From positions 59,365 through 123,364 of the forward strand of contig PAPF01000030.1 of assembly GCA_002708825.1 (NCBI GenBank): a stretch of 64,000 nucleotides of DNA, given 5' to 3'. This DNA is from Phyllobacteriaceae bacterium (lineage in GTDB: Bacteria; Pseudomonadota; Alphaproteobacteria; Rhizobiales; Rhizobiaceae). The position numbers and the translations under genes are program-made. Under the pieces are notes generated by a model. The model did no database searches. It was not told where the DNA came from and saw nothing but the letters and a program-made list of their open reading frames with translations. Shown here piece by piece: positions 31,389-41,310 of the stretch (its first letter is position 1; each line of letters opens with the position of its first letter).

Positions 31389-32101
31389 GCGGCGGTCTCG
31401 AGGTCGAATTGAGGGATGTCCGGCTCTCGCTGGACGGGTTCGAGGCCTGTTTCGACGCGCGTCTGGAGGCCGGGAGCATCACCGCGCTGGTCGGCGCGTC
31501 GGGTTCGGGCAAGTCGACCTTCCTGAACCTGATCGCCGGTTTCGACCGCCCCGGCAGCGGCCGCGTCCTCATCGGTGGCGTGGACATGACCGAACGCGAC
31601 CCCGCCAATCGCCCGGTCTCGATGGTTTTCCAGGAAAACAACCTCTTCGGCCATCTCGACATCGCCGCCAATGTCGGTCTCGGGCGTTCGCCCTCGCTGC
31701 GCCTTTCGGCAACCGACCGCGCCGACATCGCGCAGGCCCTCGAACGGACCGGCCTTGCCGGCAAGGAACGGCGCAAGCCCGCCGAACTCTCCGGCGGCGA
31801 GCGCCAGCGCGCCGCACTGGCCCGCGTGCTGGTTCGCGACCGCCCTGTCCTTTTGCTCGACGAACCCTTCGCATCCCTTGGCCCCGCCCTGCGGACAGGC
31901 ATGCTGGACCTGCTGACCGCCCTTCAGCGCGAAACCGGCATGACGCTGGTCATGGTCACCCACCACCCGGAAGACGCCGTCGCGCTCGGCGGCCAGGCAC
32001 TTTTCCTGGAAGACGGACGCGTGGCCGCAAGCGGCCGGGCCAGCAACCTTTTCGGACCGCAAGGACCGGAAGCGGTGCGCCGCTATACCGGCCGGACATG
32101 A
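31385..32101 (+). CDS. thiQ: thiamine ABC transporter ATP-binding protein
   Basis: 238 aa. Walker [10 protein letters not shown], signature LSGGERQR and Walker B LLLDEP. Confidence 0.92.
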   Translation: MSGGLEVELRDVRLSLDGFEACFDARLEAGSITALVGASGSGKSTFLNLIAGFDRPGSGRVLIGGVDMTERDPANRPVSMVFQENNLFGHLDIAANVGLGRSPSLRLSATDRADIAQALERTGLAGKERRKPAELSGGERQRAALARVLVRDRPVLLLDEPFASLGPALRTGMLDLLTALQRETGMTLVMVTHHPEDAVALGGQALFLEDGRVAASGRASNLFGPQGPEAVRRYTGRT

Positions 32102-32235
32102 GGCGCCGAGCCGCTGTTCCGCCTGCTTTTCGCCGCTTTTGACAACGAGACAGGGCGGTGGACGGACTTGCCATCGGACCCCGCCTGTGTCTACGTGGGA
32201 CGGTAACCGGCGCGCCCTCCACGCCCGATTTGCCG

Positions 32236-33747
32236 ATGGTGGTTGAACTGGAACGCCTGAACCTCCCCTTTTCCGTCCTGTTGTGGCGCGCCGCGCGCGG
32301 TGCCGCGCTGGTTGCGGTCGCGTCCTTTCTGACGGCCTGTTCGCTGACCGGGCAGGACGGTGCGGGCGAGGTGCTGAAGCCGTCAGACAATCCCGTAACC
32401 TTTGAATCCTCGGCGCGCGACGAACGCATGCGAAAGCTGGCCGAATCGCAGCATCCGCGCATACTCGAAACCTATGGCGGCGAATATTCCGACCCGCGGT
32501 TGGAGCGCATGGTCGCCCGCGTGGTCGGCCGGCTGATCGCGGCGACACAGGATCCCGCCCAGTCCTACAAGATCACCATCCTGGATTCGCCCTCGGTCAA
32601 CGCCTTTGCCCTGCCCGGCGGATATCTCTATGTGACGCGCGGCCTTCTGGCACTCGCCAATGACAGCGCGGAACTGGCTGCCGTCCTGTCCCACGAAATG
32701 GCCCATGTGACCGCCAACCATGGTATCCAGCGCCGCCAGGCCGAGCAGGAAGCCGGCATCGCCGAGAAGGTGGCGCAGGACGTGCTCGCCGGCGATCCCA
32801 ACGCGCGCGCGGCCGTGATCCGCGGCAAGCTGCGCCTGGCGGAATTCTCCCGCAACCAGGAACTCGAAGCCGACGCGATTTCCATCAAGCAGATCGGCGA
32901 GGCGGGTTTCGATCCATTCGCCGCCGCCCGCTTCCTGCGTTCGATGAGCGCCTATTCGCAGTTCCGCTCCGTCAGCGGCGCCGACGATCCCTCGCTCGAC
33001 TTCCTCGCTTCGCACCCGTCCAGCCAGCGGCGCATAGATCTTGCCCTTCGCCATGCCCGCACCTTCGGGCCGCCGGGCAGCGGCGTCACCGACCGCGAAG
33101 CTTATCTCGATGGCATCGACGGCATCATCTATGGCGACACGCCCGACGAGGGCTACGTGCGCGGCCGCGACTTCCTGCATCCAGGTCTCGGCATCCGCTT
33201 CTCCGTGCCAGCCGGTTTCGTTCTCGACAATTCCGCCACGGCGGTGACGGCGGCAGGCCCCGGTGATGTGGCCGTCCGCTTCGATGGTGTTGCGGTGGAC
33301 CGGTCCACCGGTCCGGAAGCCTATATCGCCAGCGGATGGGTATCGGGGCTGGATGAAACGTCCATCCGGTCGGCAAGGATCGGCGGATTTCAGGGCGCGA
33401 CGGCGCGCGCTGCGGCCGATGGCTGGCAGTTCGATATTGCCGTCGTCCGCGCCGGACCGCAGATATTCCGTATTCTCACCGCGGCGCCCGCCAGCAGCAA
33501 TGCCCTCGCTCCCACAGCCTCCTTCGTGCGCGACAGCTTCGCCACCATGACGCAAGCCGAACGCCAGTCGCTGAAACCGCTCCGGATCAGGGTCGTCAGC
33601 GTTTCAGCCGGTCAGTCCCTGGCGACGCTTGCCTCACGCATGACGGGAACCGACCGCAAGCTCGACCTGTTCCGGCTTCTCAACGCGATGGGGCCGGGCT
33701 CCACCGTTTCGGCCGGAGACCGGGTCAAGATCGTGACCGACCAGTAA
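32236..33747 (+). CDS. M48 family metalloprotease with C-terminal LysM-like domain
   Basis: HEMAHV zinc motif. Lipoprotein-like N-terminus (VASFLTAC) from ATG 32236. C-terminus ...GQSLATLASRM...GDRVKIV. The track ORF starts at 32158. Confidence 0.85.
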   Translation: MVVELERLNLPFSVLLWRAARGAALVAVASFLTACSLTGQDGAGEVLKPSDNPVTFESSARDERMRKLAESQHPRILETYGGEYSDPRLERMVARVVGRLIAATQDPAQSYKITILDSPSVNAFALPGGYLYVTRGLLALANDSAELAAVLSHEMAHVTANHGIQRRQAEQEAGIAEKVAQDVLAGDPNARAAVIRGKLRLAEFSRNQELEADAISIKQIGEAGFDPFAAARFLRSMSAYSQFRSVSGADDPSLDFLASHPSSQRRIDLALRHARTFGPPGSGVTDREAYLDGIDGIIYGDTPDEGYVRGRDFLHPGLGIRFSVPAGFVLDNSATAVTAAGPGDVAVRFDGVAVDRSTGPEAYIASGWVSGLDETSIRSARIGGFQGATARAAADGWQFDIAVVRAGPQIFRILTAAPASSNALAPTASFVRDSFATMTQAERQSLKPLRIRVVSVSAGQSLATLASRMTGTDRKLDLFRLLNAMGPGSTVSAGDRVKIVTDQ

Positions 33748-33793
33748 CCCCCGCGAGAAGTTTCGCCTTGCAGGCGCTCTGCCTTGGCCTGGT

Positions 33794-34654
33794 TCAGTGC
33801 TGGGCCATGCGGGGATCCGCCGCCACCAGCGCGCCATGCAGTTTTTCGATGGCGCGGTTCTCGATCTGGCGCACACGTTCCTTGGAAATGCCGAGCTTGG
33901 CACCCAGCGATTCCAGCGTGGCCCCATCCTCGGTCAGCCGGCGCTGCCGGATGATGAAGAGTTCGCGCTCGTTGAGGATGTTGAGCGCGCCGTGAAGCCA
34001 TTTCGACCGGCGTTCCTCGTCTATGGCGCCGCCGACGACCTCGTCTGGCTGGGGCGCATCCGAAACGAGGAAATCCATCTTTTCGGCACCATTGTCCTCG
34101 CTCTGGCTGACAGTCATGTTCAAGGAGGTGTCCGGACCCGAAAGGCGCGAATCCATCAGCGCCACATCGTTCTTCGATACGCCCAGTTTCTGGGAGATCT
34201 GGTCATGGATCTCGTCGATGTTCATCGGTTCCGGTCCGCGCGACAGTTTTGCCCGCAGTCGCCGCAGGTTGAAGAACAGCGCCTTCTGGGTCGATGACGT
34301 GCCACCACGCACGATCGACCAGTTACGCAGGATGTAGTCCTGGATCGAGGCCCGGATCCACCATGTCGCATAGGTGGAGAACCGCACCTCGCGCTCCGGA
34401 TCGAAACGCGCCGCGGCTTCGAGGAGGCCCACATGGCCTTCCTGGATCAGGTCGTTGAGCGGAAGTCCGAAATTGCGGAACCGCGCGGCCATCGAGATCA
34501 CCAGCCGCATGTGCGCGGTGGTAATGCGATGCAGCGCCTGCTGATCCCTTTCCTCTTTCCAGCGAACCGCCAGCGCGTGCTCCTCGTCCCGCTCGAGATA
34601 CGGCGCTTTCATCGCGGCGCGGACCATGCGATTGCGTAATGCGTCGTCGGTCAT
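33794..34654 (-). CDS. rpoH: RNA polymerase sigma-32 factor
   Basis: 286 aa. Region 2 NDLIQEGHVGLLEAAARFDP...FSTYATWWIRASIQ. RpoH box QKALFFNLRRLR. Confidence 0.95.
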   Translation of the reverse strand: MTDDALRNRMVRAAMKAPYLERDEEHALAVRWKEERDQQALHRITTAHMRLVISMAARFRNFGLPLNDLIQEGHVGLLEAAARFDPEREVRFSTYATWWIRASIQDYILRNWSIVRGGTSSTQKALFFNLRRLRAKLSRGPEPMNIDEIHDQISQKLGVSKNDVALMDSRLSGPDTSLNMTVSQSEDNGAEKMDFLVSDAPQPDEVVGGAIDEERRSKWLHGALNILNERELFIIRQRRLTEDGATLESLGAKLGISKERVRQIENRAIEKLHGALVAADPRMAQH

Positions 34655-34757
34655 GATTGCCTCCGGAAAAAGGTTCTGGCCTCGTTGTTTCTTACGTTGC
34701 CGCCGGTCTTCGGATCATGCCGGGACCGTCGCATGGCTACACCGCCGTCCTTCCGGA

Positions 34758-34783
34758 AACGGATCCAGCGCGGATTTCGTTCC
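34758..34783 (-). promoter_or_regulatory. EcfG-type (general stress sigma) promoter candidate upstream of rpoH
   Basis: Minus strand GGAAC (34783..34779), 17-nt spacer, CGTT (34761..34758). About 100 nt upstream of the rpoH ATG. Confidence 0.45.
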
Positions 34784-34922
34784 CCCCGGTTCAGGAAATG
34801 TGGAGCGAACAGTGGCCGCTGCCGCATGCAACCCGCTTGATCGCCTCGGTGGCGATCCGGCTTTTCGCTCGGAATTCCAGTGGGTTCGCAAGGCTTGCAG
34901 CCAGCGCTGAAGATTGATGAAA

Positions 34923-34952
34923 GCAAAAAAGCCCCGGCGCGGGGCCGGGGCT
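34923..34952 (-). terminator. Rho-independent terminator after carD
   Basis: Minus strand AGCCCCGGC-5 nt-GCCGGGGCT followed by TTTTTTGC. Confidence 0.75.
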
Positions 34953-34985
34953 TGTCAAGAAAGACTGAACGCTGTGTTGCCGCGA

Positions 34986-35558
34986 TCAGGCCGCTTCTTC
35001 CTGGTCGGCTTCCTCATTGTCGGCCTTGGCGCCGCGGCGCGGGCCCTTGTTGAGGTTCTGCTCGATCAGGTTGACGGCCTCGGTCTCGCTCATCTTGTTG
35101 ACCGCAGCGATCTCGCGGGCCATGCGGTCCAGCGCCGCCTCGTAAAGCTGGCGTTCCGAGTAGGACTGTTCGGGCTGGTTCTCGGCGCGGTAAAGGTCGC
35201 GCACGACCTCCGAGATCGAGATCAGGTCGCCCGAATTGATCTTCGCGTCATATTCCTGCGCGCGGCGCGACCACATGGTGCGCTTCACACGGGCACGGCC
35301 CTGCACGACCTTGAGCGCACGGTCGACATAATCGGTTTCGGAAAGCTTGCGCATGCCGATGGAAACGGCCTTGGCGACCGGCACCTTCAGCCGCATCTTG
35401 TCCTTCTGGAAATCGATGACAAAAAGCTCCAGCTTGTGCCCGGCGACTTCCTGTTCCTCGATGGCGACGATCTGTCCGACGCCATGCGCCGGATACACGA
35501 TGCTCTCGCCGGTCTTGAAACCCTGACGCTGTGCCGATTTCTTCTGCTGGGTGGCCAT
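34986..35558 (-). CDS. carD: CarD family transcriptional regulator
   Basis: 190 aa from MATQQKKSAQRQGFKTGESIVYPAHGVGQIVAIEEQEVAG (ATG at 35558). Confidence 0.92.
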   Translation of the reverse strand: MATQQKKSAQRQGFKTGESIVYPAHGVGQIVAIEEQEVAGHKLELFVIDFQKDKMRLKVPVAKAVSIGMRKLSETDYVDRALKVVQGRARVKRTMWSRRAQEYDAKINSGDLISISEVVRDLYRAENQPEQSYSERQLYEAALDRMAREIAAVNKMSETEAVNLIEQNLNKGPRRGAKADNEEADQEEAA

Positions 35559-35927
35559 ACGCTTCTTTACTCCCTGTTGGACGCGGGCGGTTTCGCCAGC
35601 ATCGGAAACGGGCCGGATCGCGGACAAGCAGCCACTCTGGCCCAAACCGCACCCTTCGGCACCAAACCGCCCCTGGGACATGACTTTCACGCCCTGCCCT
35701 GGATGATCTTGGCCTGACTGGTGTGGGTTGAACCTTTCAAAGATTAACGCGCACTGCGCATGTGGCTGATTGCATGAACCGGCATGATGTGAGGGAAATA
35801 TCACAAAAAAGCGAAAGAATCAAGAATTTGCCGCATACGCGAAAGGAAGGGCCCTTTCCCGTGATCGGAAAAGGTTAATGACCTTGCGTTAACGTCCGCT
35901 CATACCCTGCCAGGGGCAGGCGTTCAA

Positions 35928-36269
35928 TCATTCATCGCCGGTTCCGGGCTCTGCCGAGAAGTATTTTTCCAGCTTGCCCGGCTCGCCGTCGAATTTTTCG
36001 GCGTCCGGCATCTGGTCCTTCTTGACCGTGATGTTTGGCCAGATCGAAGCATATTCGGTATTAAGCTTCAGCCAGTCTTCAAGTCCCGGTTCCGTGTCCG
36101 GCTTGATGGCCTCTGCCGGGCATTCGGGCTCGCAGACACCGCAGTCGATGCATTCATCCGGATGAATGACGAGCATGTTCTCGCCCTCGTAGAAACAGTC
36201 GACCGGGCAGACCTCGACGCAATCGGTGTATTTGCACTTGATGCAATTGTCGGTGACGATATAGGTCAT
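35928..36269 (-). CDS. fdxA: 7Fe ferredoxin (3Fe-4S/4Fe-4S)
   Basis: 113 aa. [29 protein letters not shown]...[12 protein letters not shown]. Confidence 0.95.
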   Translation of the reverse strand: MTYIVTDNCIKCKYTDCVEVCPVDCFYEGENMLVIHPDECIDCGVCEPECPAEAIKPDTEPGLEDWLKLNTEYASIWPNITVKKDQMPDAEKFDGEPGKLEKYFSAEPGTGDE

Positions 36270-36440
36270 TTCAGGCTCCGGCGCTTGAAGCATCGCTCCG
36301 TTCTTTTGCGTGTCAGGTAACGGCTTTGAATGCCCCTGACAAGAGAAAGCTTTGCTGCCGGGCGGGCATTCCCGGACAAGTTTTTGCAGTGCGGCACAAT
36401 GGCGCGCCTTTCAGGGCCGGCGGCTGCGGAACCCTCAAAT

Positions 36441-36869
36441 TCAGCCGTCGCTGCCCTTCAGCCGGTCAGTCTGGCGCCGCTCCTTCTTGGTCGGCCGGCC
36501 CTTACCGGCCTCGCGCACCGGCAGCAGCTGGTCGGGCAGCCGTTCGTCGCGCGAAGGCGGCGGCGGCGAAAGATCCTCGTAGAGCAGCCTTGCTTCCTCG
36601 TAGGGACCGCGTCGGGTGCCGGGCGCAACGATCTTCAGCACCAGGACACGCCCTTCCAGCGTAACGGTCAGCACGTCGCCCGGACGCACCGCCTTGGCAG
36701 CGCTCTCGGTCTTGTCGCGATTGACCCGGACCCGGCCCGACTGGACCAGCTTGGCAGCCAGCGAACGGGATTTCACGATCCGTGCGAAGAACAGCCACTT
36801 GTCCAGCCGCTGGCGCCCGCCGCCATCCCCGCCGGTCTCCGCCGTCATGCCGCTGGAAGATCCCGGCAC
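36441..36869 (-). CDS. S4 RNA-binding domain protein (Hsp15/HslR-like)
   Basis: RLDKWLFFARIVKSRSLAAKLVQSGRVRVNRD S4 motif. Alternative start at ATG 36848. Confidence 0.8.
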   Translation of the reverse strand: MPGSSSGMTAETGGDGGGRQRLDKWLFFARIVKSRSLAAKLVQSGRVRVNRDKTESAAKAVRPGDVLTVTLEGRVLVLKIVAPGTRRGPYEEARLLYEDLSPPPPSRDERLPDQLLPVREAGKGRPTKKERRQTDRLKGSDG

Positions 36870-36881
36870 GCCATCATGAGG

Positions 36882-39800
36882 TCACTTGCCCATCTTGTCC
36901 TTGAGCGCCGCCAGCTTGGCGAAGGGCGAATCCGGATCGATCCTCTGCGGCTTGACCTCGCGCTGCGGCTTGCCGCCTTGCGGCCGCTCAGGTTTGCCAT
37001 GCCCCTTGCCTGCCGGCTTCGGCCCGCGGTTCTGGTCGCGGCCGCGACCCTTGAAACCATCGCGCTTGGGCTGGTTTTCGCGGCCGCGCGGTGCTTGCGG
37101 ACGGCCGCGTCCCTCGGGCCGGCCCTGCCGCCAGACGGTGATCGTGCGCGGCGCTTCCGGTTCCGGGTTCGCGCTTGCGGCCTGATCCGGCGTCTGTTCG
37201 GCTGCAACGTCCGCGCCGCTTTCCCTGGCTTCCGGAGCGGCATCCGGTGCTTCCCCGGCGGGCTGCGGGCTGGCCTCTGCCACACCGGCGCCCGCATCGT
37301 CCGTTCCGGGCGTCTGCGCGGACGCCGTGTCCACGTCCACGGCGGCATCGGTGTTGCCGGTTTCATCCGCCGGCGCCGCGGCGGCCTCCGCCTTGCCGGC
37401 CGCATCCAGCGCGTCCAGATGCGCTTCCACCTCTTCGGCGGGTTTCGTCTCGCCGCGGTAGCCCAGTGCCCTCAGGATCTCGTCCATGTCGTCGGGCGTC
37501 GCGCCGAGAATGGACATCATCGCCGGTGTGACGACAAAGGCGCGCCCGTCATAGCCGCCCTCCGGCCGGTTGCCCTGACCGGGCTGCCAGGAAACCGCCG
37601 GACGGATGAGATCGGCAAGCCGTTCCAGGATATCGACGCGCACCGCGCGCCGGCCGAGCACGCGGAACCCCGCCAGACGGTAGAAGTCGGCCTTGTACGC
37701 CGGGTCGGTGACAACCGAGGTGCGTCCCGCCGCCAGTGCCGCCACCACGTCGCCGAAGCCCGGCTCGTCTCTTGCATCGTGGAACAAGGCCCAGAGCGTG
37801 GTGATAAGGCCCGCCGGCGCAGGCTTCAGCAGGGCCGGGACGAACAGGTGATAGGCGCCGAAGCGCACACCCAGCTTGCGCAGGCCCGCCCGCGTGTCCT
37901 GGTCGAGGGCCTTGACCTCGTCGGCGATCTCGCGCCGGTTGATCACGCCCATCTGTTCGGCCATGCGGAAGGCAATGCCCTTGGCGATGCCTTCCAGCCC
38001 GTCTCCGGCCGCAAGGTCCTGCAAGGGCTTGAGGAGGCTTTCCACCTGGTAGGCGACGAAACGCTCGGCCCGCGCGGCCACCTTGTCGCGCGACGGGCCG
38101 GTCAGCTGTTCATCGGCCAGCAGGATCACGCGCGGCCGCAGGACATGGTCGCCGGCGGCCAGCATGGCGATGGGCGAACCGAGCCAGCGCAGGATGCCAT
38201 CGGAAGACAGGGCCAGGTCGCCATTGGCCGTGGCGGCGAAACGTTCCGCGCGCGCATCGAATTCCTGCCCGAGCGCCTTCTGCGCCGCGCCCTTGACAGC
38301 CTTGGCGTCCTCGCCTTCCGCAGACGTGTCGGCGGTGAACCGGAACCCCTGCAACTGACCGACGTGATGGCCTTCGACAGTGACGTCCCCGGCCGGGCTG
38401 ATTTCCGCTTCCAGCATCGTGTTTTCTCTCAAGCGCCTCATGAGCACGGAAGTCCTGCGATCTACGAAGCGTTTCGTCAACCTTTCATGCAGGGCATCCG
38501 ACAGCCTGTCCTCGATCTCGCGTGTTTTTTCCTGCCAGTGTGCCGGATCGGCAAGCCATCCCGGCCGGTGCGATACGAATGTCCACGTCCGGATCTGCGC
38601 GACGCGGGCCGACAGCGTATCGATATCGCCCTCGGTCCGGTCGGCCCGGCGCACCTGTTCTGCCATGTAGTCCTCGTCGACATGGCCCCGCCGCACCAGG
38701 TCGCCGTAAAGCTGGCCGATGATCTCGGAATGCTGTGCCGGGGCGATGCGCCGGTAATCCGGAAGCGCGCAAACATCCCAGAGCAGTTCCACCCGCTCCC
38801 GGTTTGTCGCCAGAGCCTGCACGTCCGGATCGCGCGACAGGAAGCCCAGCGCCTGCTGGTCGACGGCCGGCAGCGCGCGCGTCAGCCCTTCCACCGGCGG
38901 GATGGTTTCCAGCGACCGGGCCAGAGCCGCAAGGCTGGAGAAATCGAATTGCGCGGTCCGCCATTGCAGCGTGCGCACCGGCGCGAAGTCGTGCGCCTCC
39001 AGCCGCTCGACCAGTTCCTCCTCGAACATGTCGGCCTGTCCGGTGACCCCGAACGTGCCGTCGCGCGTGTGCCGGCCGGCACGCCCGGCGATCTGGCCGA
39101 GTTCGGCCGGTGTCAGCTGGCGGTACTGGAACCCGTCGAACTTGCGGGTCTGGGCAAAGGCGACATGGTCCACGTCGAGGTTCAGCCCCATGCCGATGGC
39201 GTCTGTCGCCACCAGGAAATCCACGTCGCCCGACTGGTAGAGGCCGACCTGCGCGTTGCGTGTGCGCGGGCTGAGCGCACCGAGCACGACAGCCACGCCG
39301 CCGCGCTGGCGGCGGATCAGTTCGCCGATCGCATAGACCTCGTCGGCGGAGAATGCGACGATCGCGGACCGGCGCGGCAGGCGGGTGATCTTCTTCGATC
39401 CCGACCAGGCAAGATGCGACATGCGCGGCCGCGTCACCACGGAGAGGCCGCGCAGCAGCTTTTCCAGGATGCCCCGCATGGTACCGGCGCCGAGCAGCAG
39501 GGTTTCCTGCCGCCCGCGCAGATGCAGGATGCGGTCGGTAAAGATATGCCCGCGCTCCAGGTCGCCGGCCAGTTGCACCTCGTCGATGGCGACGAAGGCG
39601 GCATCGGTCTGGCGCGGCATGGCTTCCACGGTGCACACCGAATAGCGCGCGCCGGGCGGGTTGATCTTCTCCTCGCCGGTGACAAGCGCCACATTGCCGG
39701 CGCCCACCTTTTCGCAGACCCGGCCATAGACTTCCCGAGCCAGAAGGCGCAGCGGCAGGCCGATCACGCCGCTGTCATGCGCGACCATGCGCTCGATTGC

Positions 39801-39896
39801 CAGATGTGTCTTGCCGGTATTGGTGGGACCCAGCACCGCCGTCACATCCCGCCCCGAAAGGACGAGCGGTTCGTTCTGTCTTGCGGGCGCGTTCAT
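36882..39896 (-). CDS. Suv3-like superfamily-2 helicase ('helicase-related protein')
   Basis: 1004 aa. Walker A GPTNTGKTH, DEVQ box (IDEVQL) and helicase C motifs (QIAGRAGR). Long acidic then Arg/Gly/Lys-rich C-terminal tail. Confidence 0.9.
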   Translation of the reverse strand: MNAPARQNEPLVLSGRDVTAVLGPTNTGKTHLAIERMVAHDSGVIGLPLRLLAREVYGRVCEKVGAGNVALVTGEEKINPPGARYSVCTVEAMPRQTDAAFVAIDEVQLAGDLERGHIFTDRILHLRGRQETLLLGAGTMRGILEKLLRGLSVVTRPRMSHLAWSGSKKITRLPRRSAIVAFSADEVYAIGELIRRQRGGVAVVLGALSPRTRNAQVGLYQSGDVDFLVATDAIGMGLNLDVDHVAFAQTRKFDGFQYRQLTPAELGQIAGRAGRHTRDGTFGVTGQADMFEEELVERLEAHDFAPVRTLQWRTAQFDFSSLAALARSLETIPPVEGLTRALPAVDQQALGFLSRDPDVQALATNRERVELLWDVCALPDYRRIAPAQHSEIIGQLYGDLVRRGHVDEDYMAEQVRRADRTEGDIDTLSARVAQIRTWTFVSHRPGWLADPAHWQEKTREIEDRLSDALHERLTKRFVDRRTSVLMRRLRENTMLEAEISPAGDVTVEGHHVGQLQGFRFTADTSAEGEDAKAVKGAAQKALGQEFDARAERFAATANGDLALSSDGILRWLGSPIAMLAAGDHVLRPRVILLADEQLTGPSRDKVAARAERFVAYQVESLLKPLQDLAAGDGLEGIAKGIAFRMAEQMGVINRREIADEVKALDQDTRAGLRKLGVRFGAYHLFVPALLKPAPAGLITTLWALFHDARDEPGFGDVVAALAAGRTSVVTDPAYKADFYRLAGFRVLGRRAVRVDILERLADLIRPAVSWQPGQGNRPEGGYDGRAFVVTPAMMSILGATPDDMDEILRALGYRGETKPAEEVEAHLDALDAAGKAEAAAAPADETGNTDAAVDVDTASAQTPGTDDAGAGVAEASPQPAGEAPDAAPEARESGADVAAEQTPDQAASANPEPEAPRTITVWRQGRPEGRGRPQAPRGRENQPKRDGFKGRGRDQNRGPKPAGKGHGKPERPQGGKPQREVKPQRIDPDSPFAKLAALKDKMGK

Positions 39897-40088
39897 CGTG
39901 GGCGGGGCGGTCCTTCGGACGGATCAGGGACAGCGCACGGGCTGTGCCGGTTTTCCAAAGCACAGCTGGAAGCAGGCTGCAAGCACGGCCGGTCCTTTTC
40001 TCATTCATGCACCGGTTGCAACCAGCGCGCGGATTCAGGCGGAACGAGTCTGGAACGAATCGGCGACGAATCGCTGACTCCGGTTGAT

Positions 40089-40454
40089 TCAGGCTTTGTT
40101 CCGGCCACTCCCATATGGGAACCGGCTGATCGCCTGGCAACGGCTCCAGCGGACCGGCTCGCCGGAAACGCCGTCGATCACGCGCACAAGGAGCATGGCC
40201 TCCTCGGACAATTGCCGCATCTCGATCACCTGTCCGGCTTCCGGGTCGCCCTCGGGGCCTTCGTAGCGGAAACTGTGGCGGCCATAGTCGCCGATGATCT
40301 CCGCGCCCGACGGGATGGTGATCGCGGACCCGTCGATGTGCAGCCGCTTTCCTTCCGGCGAGCACCAGTCGCCGTCGATCCTGTCGGCGAGGACGGGTTG
40401 TGAAAACAGCAGGCCGGCGATCAGGACCGGCAGGGCATGGACGATCCGGCGCAT
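40089..40454 (-). CDS. small exported protein (unknown function)
   Basis: 121 aa from MRRIVHALPVLIAGLLFSQPVLA|D. Coding-like periodicity. No family recognised. Confidence 0.6.
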   Translation of the reverse strand: MRRIVHALPVLIAGLLFSQPVLADRIDGDWCSPEGKRLHIDGSAITIPSGAEIIGDYGRHSFRYEGPEGDPEAGQVIEMRQLSEEAMLLVRVIDGVSGEPVRWSRCQAISRFPYGSGRNKA

Positions 40455-40537
40455 GAATTCACTCTCCACCTGTTACACTACGATGAAGATACCCGTTTCC
40501 GCAGCCGTTGCGAAGGCCGCCTTCCGGAAACGCCAGC

Positions 40538-40558
40538 GGGCGCCCGAAAGGGGCGCCC
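40538..40558 (-). terminator. hairpin downstream of phbB
   Basis: GGGCGCCC-gaaag-GGGCGCCC, 30 nt after the phbB stop. Only a weak T-tract on the minus strand. Confidence 0.45.
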
Positions 40559-40587
40559 GCCGTTTTGCATTCCACGGTTTCCCGGCC

Positions 40588-41310
40588 TTACGAGAAATAC
40601 TGCCCGCCATTGGCCGAGATCGTGGCCCCGGTGATGAAACCGGCATCGTCAGACGCCAGGAAGGCCACGCAGCGCGCGATCTCCTCCGGTTCGCCGAGAC
40701 GGCCGACCGGGATCTGCGCGATGATGCTCTCGCGCACCTTTTCCGGCACCGCCATCACCATGTCGGTGGCGATGTAGCCCGGCGCCACCACGTTGACCGT
40801 GATGCCGGCCCGCGCGCCTTCCTGCGCCAGGGCACGGGTGAAGCCGATGTCGCCGGCCTTGGCTGCCGAATAGTTGGCCTGTCCGGCCTGGCCCTTCTGC
40901 CCGTTGATCGAGGAGATGGTGATCACGCGGCCGAACTTGCGGTCGCGCATGCCGGGCCAGACATTGTGCGTCATGTTGAAGACGCCGGTCAGGTTGGTGT
41001 CGATCACCTCTTTCCACATTTGCGGCGTCATGCGGTGGAACATGGAATCGCGGGTGATGCCGGCATTGTTGACCAGCACGGCCACCGGACCGAGTTCTTC
41101 CTCGATTTTCGCGATGCCCGCCTGGCAGGCCTCGTAGTCGGCAACCGACCACTTGTAGGTCTTGATGCCGGTTTCCGAGCTGAATTTCGCCGCCGCTTCG
41201 TCATTGCCGGCATAGTTGGCGGCGACGGTGTAGCCGGCTTCTTTCAGAGCCATGGAAATGGCCGCGCCGATGCCGCGCGATCCGCCCGTGACGATTGCTA
41301 CCTTTGACAT
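40588..41310 (-). CDS. phbB: acetoacetyl-CoA reductase
   Basis: 240 aa from MSKVAIVTGGSRGIG. SDR YxxxK (YSAAK). Adjacent to phbA and phaR. Confidence 0.93.
   Translation of the reverse strand: MSKVAIVTGGSRGIGAAISMALKEAGYTVAANYAGNDEAAAKFSSETGIKTYKWSVADYEACQAGIAKIEEELGPVAVLVNNAGITRDSMFHRMTPQMWKEVIDTNLTGVFNMTHNVWPGMRDRKFGRVITISSINGQKGQAGQANYSAAKAGDIGFTRALAQEGARAGITVNVVAPGYIATDMVMAVPEKVRESIIAQIPVGRLGEPEEIARCVAFLASDDAGFITGATISANGGQYFS

Noticed and set aside
35874-35891. GTTAATGACCTTGCGTTAAC inverted TTAA pair downstream of fdxA
   Set aside because: TTAA-N10-TTAA does not fit the CtrA spacing. It lies in the fdxA 3' region next to a GGAAGGGCCCTTTCC hairpin and has no other support.
36330-40403. 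1357-aa ORF on the + strand, the longest ORF in the window
   Set aside because: It is entirely antisense to the Suv3-like helicase, S4-domain and small exported-protein genes, which have clear conserved motifs. Its translation is Arg/Ala/Gly/Pro-rich and low-complexity, with no recognisable domain. This is a typical stop-codon-poor shadow frame of GC-rich DNA.
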